Origin: Octopus sinensis | Taxonomy: Eukaryota | DNA length: 64,000 nt | Direction of reading: 5' to 3' | Assembly (NCBI RefSeq): GCF_006345805.1 | Contig: NC_043018.1 | Span: 5,766,001 to 5,830,000 of the forward strand | Shown: positions 50,361 to 63,058 of the stretch, one piece after another | How the letters are laid out: the number at the start of each line of letters is the position of its first letter | Position numbering within the stretch: the first letter of the stretch is position 1 | Translations under genes and position numbers: made by a program | Notes under the pieces: model-generated | What the model saw: only the letters and a program-made list of their open reading frames with translations | What the model was told of the DNA's origin: nothing | Database searches by the model: none

Positions 50361-50582
50361 CCCTTTCGTTACCGTATTTATTTTGAGATGTTCTGTGTTT
50401 CATTCAATTAATTTTAATTATAACGAGGAATTTAGAAAAAGAACTTAGTTATCATTAGGCTAGTGTTCAGAACATAAATTGTGACTAAGGTTTGGTGGAA
50501 GATTTTAATTCAATATTTATGAAAGTAAGACATTTGTACTACAGAGCCAGAAGCGGTTTTGGCCGGGTTGGTATCAAAAGGG
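50361..50582. mobile_element. piggyBac-type MITE (same family)
   Basis: TTAA|CCCTTTCGTTACC ... GGTATCAAAAGGG|TTAA; body homologous to 41166-41370. Confidence 0.85.
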
Positions 50583-50754
50583 TTAATGCTTGCATAGTTC
50601 AGATGGAATTCACTGAAACAATTTTCTTTGGTCTGACGCCATTCCTGTGGCCAAACATTTTGGTTAAAGGCTAATCAGATAGGCATCTGACTGTCTCAAA
50701 ACACCAGAGATTTGCGCCTGGAGAATTTTGTGCCAGCTGCGGCTGTACAGATCC

Positions 50755-51460
50755 ACATTCAATTCAATTTTTATTGGCTCAAAAAGCAAGGCCATGTAAG
50801 GGGACAGGGAGTTATGTACAGGGAGGGTGGTCATACAAAGAGTGCAGGCCATTTCTGGTCAAGAGAAACTTTGAACCGAGCGGTCGCCGGAATCTTCACT
50901 ATCTTGTCAGGCAGCTTATTCCACGGATCCGCAACCCGGACGGAGAAAGCCCTTCTCCTTTGATTGAGATGAAATCGACGTAGATAGAGCTTTTCGGAGC
51001 AGGAGTGAAGAACAGCTCTTTCGAGAGGTTACACTTTCTGCTTATGATGTTGTGAGCAAGAATGAGATCACCATGGTGTCGTCGTTTTTCGAGAGAATAA
51101 AGGTCGAGCGTCTTCAGCCTTTCTTCATAAGACAAATGCTTGAGACCAAGAACCATGCAGGTAGCCAGCTTCTGGACTCTTTCGAGATGATGTATGTCTT
51201 TGAGGAGATAAGGAGAAGAGACTTGACTCCCGCACTCTAATATGGGTCTCACCAGCGTGACATAGAGCGGTAGGAATATGGCTGCTGTGAGCATTCCGAA
51301 TGACCGTCGGATCAAAAACAGAACTCCATGTGCTTTGTTGGCAGCATGGATGCATTGGACCAAAGGCGAAAAGGAAGAATCCACCAAGATACCCAGGTCC
51401 TTTACTTGGTCGGTCTTCTCCAGCAGCAGACGACCCGGCTCGAAATCAAGTTGCTCTCCA
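50755..51460 (-). mobile_element. CR1-group LINE 3' fragment
   Basis: VKDLGILVDS...LYVTLVRPILE...HLERVQKLAT...LSYEERLKTLDLYSLEKRR.GDLI is a CR1-type RT C-terminus. Confidence 0.88.
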
Positions 51461-52954
51461 TTGGTGTTGCTGAGTTTTTTCTCTGAGCCACACTTTTCCT
51501 CGGTGGCAGGTTTCAGTTTCTCTTCCCTCACCTCCACCTCCTTGCATAATACTAATCAGTTACATAATAAAATTACCAGTTCCAGTCAAACTGTCTAACC
51601 CATGCCAGCATGGAAAGCAGACGTTAAATGATGATGACAATCCTGATTCCAATTAGATTTAGATTTTAGGTTTCTTTTTAAAATCTAAATTTGAGTTTGT
51701 ATGTCTTAATATCTGGCATAATGCCACCTTCTCTACTACAACCTCATTCAGTTGAGTGTCTTTTCTTAGTCTGGCAAGCAGTGGTGTAACTGGGGGGCAC
51801 GAGCCCCGGGCGCTGATTGAAGGCGGGGGCTGCAGAATTGACCATAATACAATAAGCTTGAATTCCATTTATAAAATTTATAAAAGCAAGCATTCAAAAA
51901 ATATACTTTGGATTACATGCTCTACCGAACCAGCAGGCAAATGAACCCCGGTAAAGTATTTATTCCTAAAATATTGCTTCAAAACAGTAATTACTAGTAA
52001 TAAATAAGTACTATTTAATATCGTGGATTTTGAAATTGGGGGGCATCAGTCAACTAGGACCTTGGTCTGTCATGAGCCCTATGACTCATATGGTCGGAGC
52101 TAAACCCAGTTGAATGGTAGACTTAATCCGTTGCTCAATTTAGCACTACAACCTGATTCTTGGGTGCTTTTGGTGGGGGGTCCACTCTGTTGCAAGAATT
52201 CGAACCCTATCTCCAGACAGAGGAGAACTTTCTCATACGAGTTTTGTGCTCTTCTTCCTTACGGAGCCATTACAAAAATATCTGGACAGTAGACTAGGCC
52301 AAGATTTACAAATATTTACACCACTTGGTTTTGGGAAATTTTAAAAGAACAGAAGAATGGTAGTATTGCCATTTCTGTCTTTTAAATAAAGAAGCAGGAT
52401 TAAAAGGCATACCTACACAAGTGTGCCCCTCCTAAGTGTAATCTAAACCAACTGAAAGGTATTTATCTTTTACTAGACTGCAGCAATGCTGAGGCACCAC
52501 TTTGAAGAATCTTTAGTCAGTAGTGGCTGTGTGGTAAGAAGCTTGCTTCTCAACCACAGGGTTCCCGGTTCAGTCCCAATGCTTGGCACCTTGGGCAAGT
52601 GTCTCCTACTATACCCTTGAGCCAACCAAAGCCTTGTGAATGGATTTGGCAGATAGAAACTGAAAGAAGCCTGTCATATATATTGCCAGCCTCGTCTGGC
52701 CCCCGTGCCGGTGGCACATAAAAAGCACCATCCGATCGTGGCCATTTGCCAGCCTCGTCTGGCACCTAGCAGGTGGCACATAAAAAGCACCCACTACACT
52801 CTCGGAGTGGTTGGCGTTAGGAAGGGCATCCAGCTGTAGAAACACTGCCAGATCAGACTGGGCCTGGCGCAGCCTCCTGGCTTCCCAGACCCCAGTTGAA
52901 CCGTCCAACCCATGCTAGCATGGAAAACGGACGTTAAACGATGATGATGATGAT

Positions 52955-52987
<33 letters not shown>

Positions 52988-53638
52988 GTATTCTTGTCTG
53001 GGTTTGTCCTCCAACCATTACTTGACAACCGATGTTGATGTGTCTATGTTCCCATAACTTAATGGTTCAGCAAAAGAGACCTATAGAATAAGTACTAGGC
53101 TTAGTGTTCAACTAAAGGTGGTGCTCCAGCATGACCACAGTCAAATGACTGAAACAAGTAAAAGAATGAAAGAATAAACGTACTGCCCCCCCCCCCCAGC
53201 ACTTACTATTTTCAAAGCCTGGTAATTAAGAACTTGTACAAATACACCACGAGTGATAGTGATAATAATAATCCTTTCTACTAAAGGCACAAGGCCTAAA
53301 ATTTTAGAGGAGGGGACTAGTCGATTACATCAACCCCAGTGTTTCACTGGTACTTATTTTATGAACCCCGAAAAGATGAAAGGTAAAGCTGACCTCAGAA
53401 CGTAGCGACAGATGAAATACCTATTTCTTTACTACCCACAAGGGGCTAAACACAGAGAGGACAAACGGATTACGTCGATTACATCGACCCCAGTGTGTAA
53501 CTGGTACTTAATTTATAGACCCCGAAAAGATGAAAGGCAAAGTCGGCCTCGGCGGAATTTGAACTCAGAACATAACAGCAGACGAAATACAGCTACGCAT
53601 TTCGCCCGGCGTGCTAACGTTTCTGCCAGCTCACCGCC

Positions 53639-54400
53639 TTAACCCTTCCGTTCCTGTATTTATTTTGAGATGCTCTGTGTCTATTTCAATTATTTAAAAT
53701 ATAACAAAAGACTTTAGTAAAATAACTTAGTTATCATTAAGCTAGAGTCAGAAACATAAACTGTGACTAAGGTTTGGCGGAAGATTTTAATTCAGAACTT
53801 ATAATAATAATGGTTTCAAATTTTGCTACAAGGGCAGCAGTTTTGGTGGGAGGGATGAGTCATTTACATCGCCCCAATGATCAACTGGTACTGATTTTAT
53901 CAACCTGAAGGATAGAAAATAGAGTGGACTTCAGCAGAATTTGAACTCAGAACATAAACAGCAGACGAAATACAGCTACGCATTTCGCCCGGCGTGCTAA
54001 CGTTTCTGCCAGCTCACCGCCTTAACCCTTCCGTCCTGTATTTATTTTGAGATGCTCTGTGTCTATTTCAATTATTTAAAATATAAAAAAAGACTTTAGT
54101 AAAATAACTTAGTTATCATTAAGTAGAGTCAGAACATAAACTGTGACTAAGGTTTGGCGGAAGATTTTAATTCAGAACTTATAATAATATGGTTTAAATT
54201 TTGCTACAAGGGCAGCAGTTTTGGTGGGAGGGATGAGTCATTTACATCGCCCCAATGATCAACTGGTACTGATTTTATCAACCCTGAAGGGATAGAAAAT
54301 AGAGTGGACTTCAGCAGAATTTGAACTCAGAATGCTAAGACGGAAGAAATACCGCTAAGCATTTTGCCCGGCGCGCTAACGATTCTGCCAGCTTGCCGCC
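53639..54400. repeat. ~383-bp tandem duplication of a piggyBac-MITE/SINE-B composite
   Basis: ttaacccttccg at 53639 and 54022; second unit differs mainly by single-base deletions. Confidence 0.75.
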
Positions 54401-55745
54401 TTAATAACAATATTCCTTTCTACTAAAGGTAGAGGGCATGAAATTTGGTGGGAGGGGACTAGTCTTATATCGACCCCCAATGTTCAATGGTACTTAATTT
54501 ATCGACCCCCAATGTTTCGTACTTAATTTATCGACCGAAGGATGAAAGGCAAGTCGATCTCGGCGAATTTGAATCAGGAAGAGCGGCAGACGAAATACCT
54601 ATTTCTTTACTACCCACAAGGGGCTAAACACGAGAGGACAAACAAGGCAGACAAACGGATTAAGTCGATTACATCGACCCCAGTGCGTAACTGGTATTTA
54701 TTTAATCGACCCCGAAAGGCTGAAAGGAAAAGTCGACCTCATCGGAATTAGAACGAAGAGACGAAATGTCGCTAAGCATTTTGATCGGCGTGCTTACCTA
54801 TTCCACCAGTTCGCCGCCTTAAATAACAACAAGGATTTCAAAGTTTGGTACAAGGACAGCAATTTAAGAGAAATGGCTAAGTCGATTACGTCAACCACAA
54901 TGCACAACTGGTACTTATTTCGTCGCCCCCCCCCCAAGAGGATAAAGATTCAGAGTCGATCCTGGTGGCATTTGAATAAGATCCAATTTTTTTTTTTTAA
55001 AGTGGGATGGTCAAAATCATCCTAATAGAATCCGGGTGAGAACAACCAAGGGCAACAGGAGCCACTGACAGATTCCTTGAGTGAATTTATTTTGTCGCGT
55101 TTCCTTCAATGCAAACACAGTTGAAATAGAAGAATGGTGTAAAAAAGATTTGAGCAAACCCTTCTTTTTTCAAGAAGCGGGCCGCATGAGACGTACATCA
55201 TCATAAGGTGAGCCACACTATGAAAAAATAAAAAAAAATTTATAGTAATTTTTTTTTGGTTTGGCATACCATATTGAGAATCCCAGGGTCGCAAGTTGCT
55301 CACGAACTTTCTAAAACTAGAACTGACGAGATGTGAAACTCCTGGGAGTGGGGTAAGAAAAAACATGGCAACGAGGACTGACTGTGCTTCAGGCAAAGCC
55401 TAACAGAGCAACTCGTAGTCTTTTAACCGAATATGGTTCCACATGGAAACGTTCGTTGGTTCATTTATAGTATTCTCAGAATCATTACAGTGTTTCGTAA
55501 TTGTTTGTAAACAAATTCCTATACAATAAATATCGGCAATCCTAGCTTTTAGCGTACCATTTTAATTCTTAGCATAAGGTAAAATAGGTCGAAATATTGA
55601 CACACGTGTATAGGTGGTTTAATTAAGAGAGAGAGAGAGAGAGTGCGTGTGTGTGTATAGATGGAGTATGTACTTTAATTAATTAATAGGAGTTAGTATC
55701 AGACACATATTAGTTTATAATAGCATATAAATAAATATAACTAAC

Positions 55746-56561
55746 CGATCTCCGGCGACTCTTGTTGATAATAACAGCTGTGGTCAGGTATCGAAGGATG
55801 TGAGGACAAACAGTTTGGATTGTATTCAGGTATGGAGGTTGATAAAGAAATAAATCTACGAGAAGATCAAGGCCATCCAAATTGTTAAAAAACACAAACA
55901 AGGACCAGTGAACGAACCAGGTTCTCTGCTGTAAGGTCTGCAAAGCAGGCCAAAAAGCTGCATTGGTGTCGATATATTCCCTCAACCTGTTTAATTCCTC
56001 CAGGGCGGCATCGAAGTTCTGCAGAAGTATTTCTGATGCCAGGATACCCCATAATGTGTTGAGGTAGAATTTGTCGTTGGTTGGTAGGAGAATACGCACG
56101 AAATAGAGATATTGGCTGGTGAATTCGTAGTTACCGCATTCGAACTGGAACTTGGCGTAGTTGTACATGTCTTCTGTAATATTTTTACTGATATCATGAC
56201 GAGTGGTGAGATATTCGTACAACTGGCTTCCATCTCTGAAATTACTGATGGTCTTCATAACTTCAGGATCGTTCATTACTTCAGCGATTTTCTCGACCCG
56301 TTCCTTGAGTTTTTTATCTTCGGCCAAGACACGATTTAAGTTCTCGTGGTAACTTTTGGGGATGTCTTGCAACGGGTAGAGATCGTGATGAAGGGTTATG
56401 GCATAACGGGCCATCTTAGTTTTACTGATAATTTCTAGTTTCCCTCGAATTAATTCTTTATTGTCGTACACGTTGTTGTCGGACAGGAATTCCATGAACG
56501 GTAAGATGAGATGCCGGTCGAAATACTGCGACAAACGGTTAGTTAAATCAAACAGTGCCAT
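55746..56561 (-). CDS. EIF3E: eIF3e/INT6-like paralog B, exon 1 (272 codons)
   Basis: MALFDLTNRLSQYFDRHLILPFMEFL...YAKFQFECGNY...LQQRTWFVHWSLFVFF...AVIINKSRRRS|gttagt. Same length and intron phase as paralog A. Confidence 0.93.
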
Positions 56562-57720
56562 GGTGCTGTTGTTTATTATTAAATGCTTTGTTTGTTTGAT
56601 CAAATAAGGATGAAGAAACTACAATCACATTGGAGGGGGAAGAACAAAAGATTTTCAAAGTACAAACGAAAACCTTGGCCTCACACAATCCTAAAACTTT
56701 TTAAATGTTCCGTCTTTTTCTTTAAAAATATTCGTCCTTTTACAAAATAACTTCCGAGCCAAATGGTTTCCTCGCTAAATAAGTAAATCCGGGAGATATT
56801 TCAAGATGAAACTCGTTAAACTTTTCCAAGACGTGACACGATGACATGAGAGAAGTCAAGCGCTTCTTGTAAGGTTATTACAAAAACTGAAACGGTTACC
56901 AACACCGCTTAGTCATGTCTCACGAAGGTTTAAAAAAAATTACAATATAATACTCACTAACGACATTTATTCTAAATAAAGATTAATATTTAAATTTCGA
57001 ATAAAGAAAATAAAATCTATTATATAGTTTTAAATTATATACATTAGACGCTATAATGATTTCTTTTCGTTTTCGCAAACACTGAATAAAGTTTATACTT
57101 ATACGTGTTGGGTTACATGTAAAACGCAAACATGCGCTTCCTGAAACTTACATATAACTACATTTTTTTTCCGTATTCTTAATTTTTATTTATTCTAATT
57201 GCAGTGGAATCAAATATATTAAATAGAAACACTTGATGAGTAAAAAAAAATAGATGTTTATTTTCTATTTATTAAAGTTTATATTGCATTATATCCGTTC
57301 CCTCTCCTCCTTCATGGTATACACGAAATTCCTTCGTGAACCGTGAATAAAACGGACAATTTATGGTTGTTTATCGAGATAAACACATAGATATAAAGAC
57401 TTACTTCCAGAAAAAACACAGTAAACTTAATAATAACGTATTTTATTAGGAAACAATTTAATCAGAAACTATCAAACAATTTCGATGTTGTCGATTTTAA
57501 TATCCGCACTTACGACATAGAGCAAAATTGATTAGTCGATGTTAAACTATTTTTATCGGCGGTTTTTTTTTTGATTAATTCTATTTTGTAAATAAAAAAA
57601 TAACTAATATTTTATTCATAATAATATAGTAAATAATTTTTTTGTTTAATCAATTGCTAATGTATTTTTGAAATAACGAAGCGTTATATTATTATTTTTA
57701 ACTGTGCAATTTAATGCTGC

Positions 57721-57826
57721 TTATGGCGGGAGAAGCAACAGAAAAGTTGCCAGTCCTTGTTGCTTTCGTCTCGGTTACTTCCGGTCGTATCTCCCCTTAA
57801 GAAGTTAACAATTTTGGCGCCATGTT
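57721..57826 (-). promoter_or_regulatory. Candidate housekeeping-type promoter upstream of eIF3e-B
   Basis: GC-richer island in AT-rich DNA with ETS-type ACCGGAAGT (57777-57785) and YY1-like AACATGGCGCC (57816-57826) on the minus strand; motif-level evidence only. Confidence 0.3.
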
Positions 57827-58119
57827 TTAAAAATATGCATTTATATATATTTATATGTATATCTATAAATATCTATCGATTATATAATACATACATATAT
57901 AACATACATACATGTACACATATTCTTTTACGTGTTTCAGTCATTTGACTGCGGCCATGCTGAAGCACCGCCTTTAGTCGAGCAAATCGACCCAAGGACT
58001 TATACTTTGGAAGCCCAGTACTTGTTCTATCGATTTCTTTTTGCCGAACCACTAAGTTACGGGAACGTAAATACACCAACATCGGTTGTCAAGTGATGGT
58101 GGGAGGACAAATACATACA

Positions 58120-58168
<49 letters not shown>

Positions 58169-58169
<1 letters not shown>

Positions 58170-58367
58170 GTTAATCCAAACAAAAAAGCACAAAAAAACA
58201 ACAACAACGTGAGGACGTGGAACAAATATAGTATTATTGGACGCTCAGGAAAGAAGGAGGGTTTAACGTTTCGAGCGGAGCTCTTCGTCGGAAACATAGG
58301 AGAAGGAAAGATCCAGAGAAGGCAAGACTGAGGGGAAAAAATCGCCAACGGTACACACGCGGTCACA
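58169..58367 (-). mobile_element. Second copy of the hammerhead-bearing repeat
   Basis: Reverse complement aligns with 11492-11697. Confidence 0.65.
58261..58295 (-). ncRNA. Minimal type I hammerhead ribozyme motif (U4>C in this copy)
   Basis: GTTT-CCGACGA-A-GAGC TCC GCTC-GAAA-C-GT-T-AAAC. Confidence 0.55.
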
Positions 58368-58380
58368 CACACACACACAT

Positions 58381-59897
58381 CATCATCATCATCATCATCA
58401 TTTAGCGTCCGTTTTCCATGCTAGCATGGGTTGGACGGTTCTACTGGGGTCTGTGAAGCCAGAAGGCTTCATCAGGCCCAGTCAAATCTGGCAGTGTTTC
58501 TACGGCTGGATGCCCTTCCTACGCCAACCACTCCATGAGTGTAGTGGGTGCTTTTTACGTGCCACCCGCACTGGTGCCAGACAGAGCTGGCAAACGGCCA
58601 CGAACGGATGGTGCTTTTTATGTGCCACCGGCACGAGGGCCAGGCGAGGCTGGCAACGGACACGAAACGGGGCGGTGCTGGCAACGGTCGCGAAACGGAA
58701 AGTTCTCTTACATGCCACCGGCACTGGTAACACATCTGCAATTTCCATTGATCGATTTCCATTGATCGATTTCGATTCTGATCCTCACTTGCCTCAATGG
58801 GTCTTCACAAGCAGAGTTTCTACATGCCACCGGCACTGGTAGCACATCCGCAATTTCCATTGATCGATTTCGATTATGATCCTCACTTGCCTCAACACGT
58901 CTTCACAAGTAGAGTTTTGTGTCCAAAGGGAAGGTATGCATACGTAGGCTGGCTCCATCCCATGTAGAAGGCCACGGGTTGTGGACTCACTTGTCCTGCT
59001 GGGTCTTCTCGCGCACAGCACACTTCCAGAGGTCTCGGTCTCTAGTCATTTCCTCAGTGAGACCTAAAGTTCGAAGGTCGTGCTTCACCACCTCGTCCCA
59101 GGTTTTCCTGGGTCTGCCTCTTCCACAGGTTCCCTCAACCGCTAGGGTGTGGCACTTTTCACACAACTATCTTCAGCCATTCTCGCCACATGACCATACC
59201 AGCGCAACACGTCTCTCTTGCACACCACAACTGATGCTTCTTAGGTCCAGCTTTTCTCTCAAGTACTTACACTCTGCCGAGTGTGAGTACCGGCATTACA
59301 CATCCATCGGAGCATACTGGCTTCATTTCTAGCGAGCTTACGCATATCCTCAGCAGTCACGGCCCATGTTTCACTGCCATGTAGCATGGCTGTTCGTACA
59401 CACGCATCATACAGTCTGCCTTTCACTCTGTGCGAGAGGCCTTTTGTCACCAGCAGAGGTAAGAGCTCTCTGAACTTTGCCCAAGCTATTCTTACTCTAG
59501 CAGTTACACTTTCAGCACACCCGCCCCCGCTGCTGACTTGGTCACCTAGGTAACGGAAACTATCAACTATTTCTAGTTTTTCTCTCCTGGAAAGTGACGG
59601 AAGTTGGTCTCAGAGCATTTTCAGTGTTTATTGTTCCTGAGCATCTGCCACATACAAAAACCATCTTCCTAGTTAGCCTTCCTTTGACATTGCTGCATCT
59701 CTTATGTGTCCATAGCTTACACTTGGTGCATCTTATAGAGTTTCTACCTACACCTTTTCTACAGATCGAGCAGGCCATCTACCTGAAGGTGTTTGTGATT
59801 TGTCTACCTTCCTACTGATTACGACTTTGGTTTTAGCTAGATTGACTCTGAGGCCCTTCGATTCTAATCCTTGTTTCCACACCTGAAACTTCTCCTC

Positions 59898-59899
<2 letters not shown>
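58381..59899 (-). mobile_element. Second copy of the same RTE LINE family (3' part, frameshifted)
   Basis: Near-identical fragments EEKFQVWKQGLESKGLRVNLAKTK, CSICRKGVGRNSIRCTKCKLWTHKRC, GRLYDACVRTAMLHGSETW; (CAT)n at 58378-58400 is the tail. Confidence 0.93.
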
Positions 59900-59948
<49 letters not shown>

Positions 59949-61902
59949 ATGACGGGCTTCTTCTAGTTTCCATATACCAAATCCACTCACAAGGCTTTAG
60001 TTGGTCCAAGGCTATGGTAGAAGACACTTGCCCAATGTCACATGGTGAGACTGAACCTAGAACCAAGCTTTTTTATTTCATCAGATTAGCCATAAAGGCT
60101 TTACATTGATAGAAGCATTTGCGGGCTGGACAAAACACAAATGAGATGAATGATAAATAAAATAAATGATATTGATGAGGGAAGGCAATCACTGCTTCCC
60201 TTGTTTTTTTTTTTACATCAAAAATGGGGTAATAAACATCTTACACAGTTCAAGCTGCACTCAAGGTCCTTACAAATGAGGCACTAAGCCTCTTACCTTT
60301 TTCCCTACATATTCATATAACGAGGCTTCTTTTTTCCTCATCTCCATTACCCAACTAGGCTTAATACCTCATTCAAGCACCTTGATGGTGCTAAGTCAGG
60401 GCACTCTACCATGAACCGGAATGTGTCCTTGGGGAAGGAGTTCATCGCCCTGTATAATTCTGTCTCCCATATGACCTCCGCAGCTACCTGTGGGGGCCAA
60501 TCAGGGCCCTTGGCACAGGCTGTAACCCCTTACCTCTGACCTTTGGGTAACTTTTTAAAAAAGTTCTCAAGTGTCCCTCCCTTGTGAAAAAGGATTAAAA
60601 ATTCCTCCTCTACCCTACTGGTAGAGGCCATAGCATCCTCCGTCGGTGGCACAATTCCCACCGACAGGGTTTCGGGACATGCCCGCAGTATATTAATAAC
60701 CACCAGCAATTTCTCATCTTTTTTTTTCCCCTTTTTCCTTGTGCAACGGGAGAGTGGAGTTCTTCCGTTTTGTCCAGTTTTCCCTCCCTCCTGTAGCCTT
60801 AGGATCCCTTGGTGGGCAACCATTGTTGCTCACATTCTTCCTTTTACGGCCCTTTTTTGAAGAGGTTTCCACCTCCTCAACTATCTCCATCAAGTGAATA
60901 TTAAGTTATTGGGCAAAAATTATATTATTAACAAAACTTTTATAAAATTATAGGTTTTATTATAGTTTTAAGAAAATGCTATTATTCATCATCATCATCA
61001 TCATATTTATATATATATATATGCGTGTGTGTGTTTGTGTGTCTGTGTTTGTCCCCCTAGCCTCAGGCCAACCAAATCCTTGTGAGTGGATTTGGTAGAT
61101 GGAAACTGAAAGAAGCCCGTCGTATATATGTATATATATATGTGTGTGTGTATTTGTGTGTCTGTGTTTGTCCCCCTAGCATTGCTTGACAACTGATGCT
61201 GGTGTGTTTATGTCCCCGTTACTTAGCGGTTCGGCAAAAGAGACCGATAGAATAAGTACTGGGCTTACAAAAGAATAAGTCCCGGGGTCGATTTGCTCGA
61301 CTAAAGGCAGTGCTCCAGCATGGCTGCAGTCAAATGACTGGAACAAGTAAAAGAGAGTAAAGAGATCCTTATATGATAATTTATAATTATTAATTGGTAC
61401 TTATAAAATGTTATTTACTTATTCATTTATAATTTATTTTTGTAAAGCTTTCTAATACATATAAAGATCATGAGGTTAGAGCTGTTTTAGAGAAATAGAA
61501 ACTAAGTAACTTAGATATTATTATTTATTCTTTATCAGGTTTTAAACATTAATTAAGGAGATTTAGAAGATCTTTTTATGAAGAGATTCTCAGTAGATAA
61601 GAGATTAATTGACTGACATGCCAAAATCCCTAAAATACAATGGAAGGGAGGTAACCAAAATGAAATTTTTTAAATGAAAATATAGAGCAATAGAATTAAT
61701 TTTTTATGGAAATCTTATATTTTATATTAAGAGAAAAGTATTGTTATATGGGGCATAATAATTTAGGCTTATATAAAGGTAATATTTATAGTATCGAAAA
61801 GGATTAGGTGGAATAGAATTCTCGTAGAAATAGATGTGAAAATTACCAAATCTTTAAAACTTATTGTGGAGTAAGTATACAACTTTATAACTTCATTAGA
61901 TA

Positions 61903-62419
61903 CTAGCAGTATCGCCCGGCGTTGCTTGGGTTTGTAAGGGAAATAACTATATAAGCATTTTTAGAGAGTTACTTCCCTTATAGATGCCAATTCGAGCTTT
62001 CTTAGCCATTTCTGTTTTGGCGTCTTCAAGCCATGAAGTCGTTGTTCTAAAAGAACGCTGGTCTCCTTGACAACGCATTACGACGTTGATTTCCTTACAC
62101 TCCCTTCCCCACAGCTTCACGAGGGAGGGAAGAAGGGGGAGAAGCAAACACAGGTGCAGGTGTTTGAGCATGGACACCAACTCCGCCTCCATCAACACAC
62201 GAAAAATTATGCATTAAAATGGAATAAAAAATGATGTTAAATTATTTTTTAAATCGTAGACTCATCGTAGACGCGCGCTAATAGCCAGACGGGCTCGATA
62301 TTAATCACGACTATAAGATACCCGAATTTGGTTAAACTGCACCGCAAAATGTGGGAGGAGTTAGGAATCTAAATCGTAGGAGACAGACACTCACACAACT
62401 ACAGTTATATATATATAGA
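61903..62419 (-). mobile_element. Non-autonomous Helitron
   Basis: A|TCTATATATATATAAC start and ...gccgggcgatactgCTAG|T end; homologous to 49965-50308. Confidence 0.8.
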
Positions 62420-62727
62420 TATAGAATTTATGTAATTTAAAATTTTTTTATTCAACTTTATTTAATTTGCCTATGTTATTAAATTTCTTAATACCTAGTG
62501 CTGATTAAATAATAAAATATAGCAGGGTATGCTATTTCCTTATTGATTTAAAAAAAAAAACAGTAAGATCTTAGGTGTGGTTTATTTACCAACCACATGG
62601 TTCCGGGTTCAGTCCCACTGCGTGGCACCTTGGGCAAGTGTCTTCTACTATAGCCCCGGGCCAACCAAAGCCTTGTGAGTAGATTTGGTAGACGGAAACT
62701 GAAAGAAGCCCGTCGTATATATCTATA

Positions 62728-62776
<49 letters not shown>

Positions 62777-63058
62777 GCGTGTTTGTGTTTGTCCCCCTAG
62801 TATTGCTTGACAACCGATGCTGGTGTGTTTACGTCCCCGTTACTTAGCGGTTCGGCAAAAGAGACCGATAGAATAAGTACTAGGCTTACAAAGAATAAGT
62901 CCCGGGGTCGAATTGCTCGATTAAAGGTGGTGCTCCAGCATGGCCGCAGTCAAATGACTGAAACAAGTAAAAGAGTAGAGAGTATCTAAAATTCAGGAAT
63001 AACAGAATGGTGTAAGTATTAACTTTTTCGATGGAGAATATGTTAAAATATTCTAACC

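Noticed and set aside
56562-56603. N-terminal extension MIKQTKHLIINNST of the eIF3e-B ORF
   Set aside because: Starts at a non-ATG codon in the track. The ATG at 56561 aligns with paralog A and canonical eIF3e starts and gives the same 272-codon exon.
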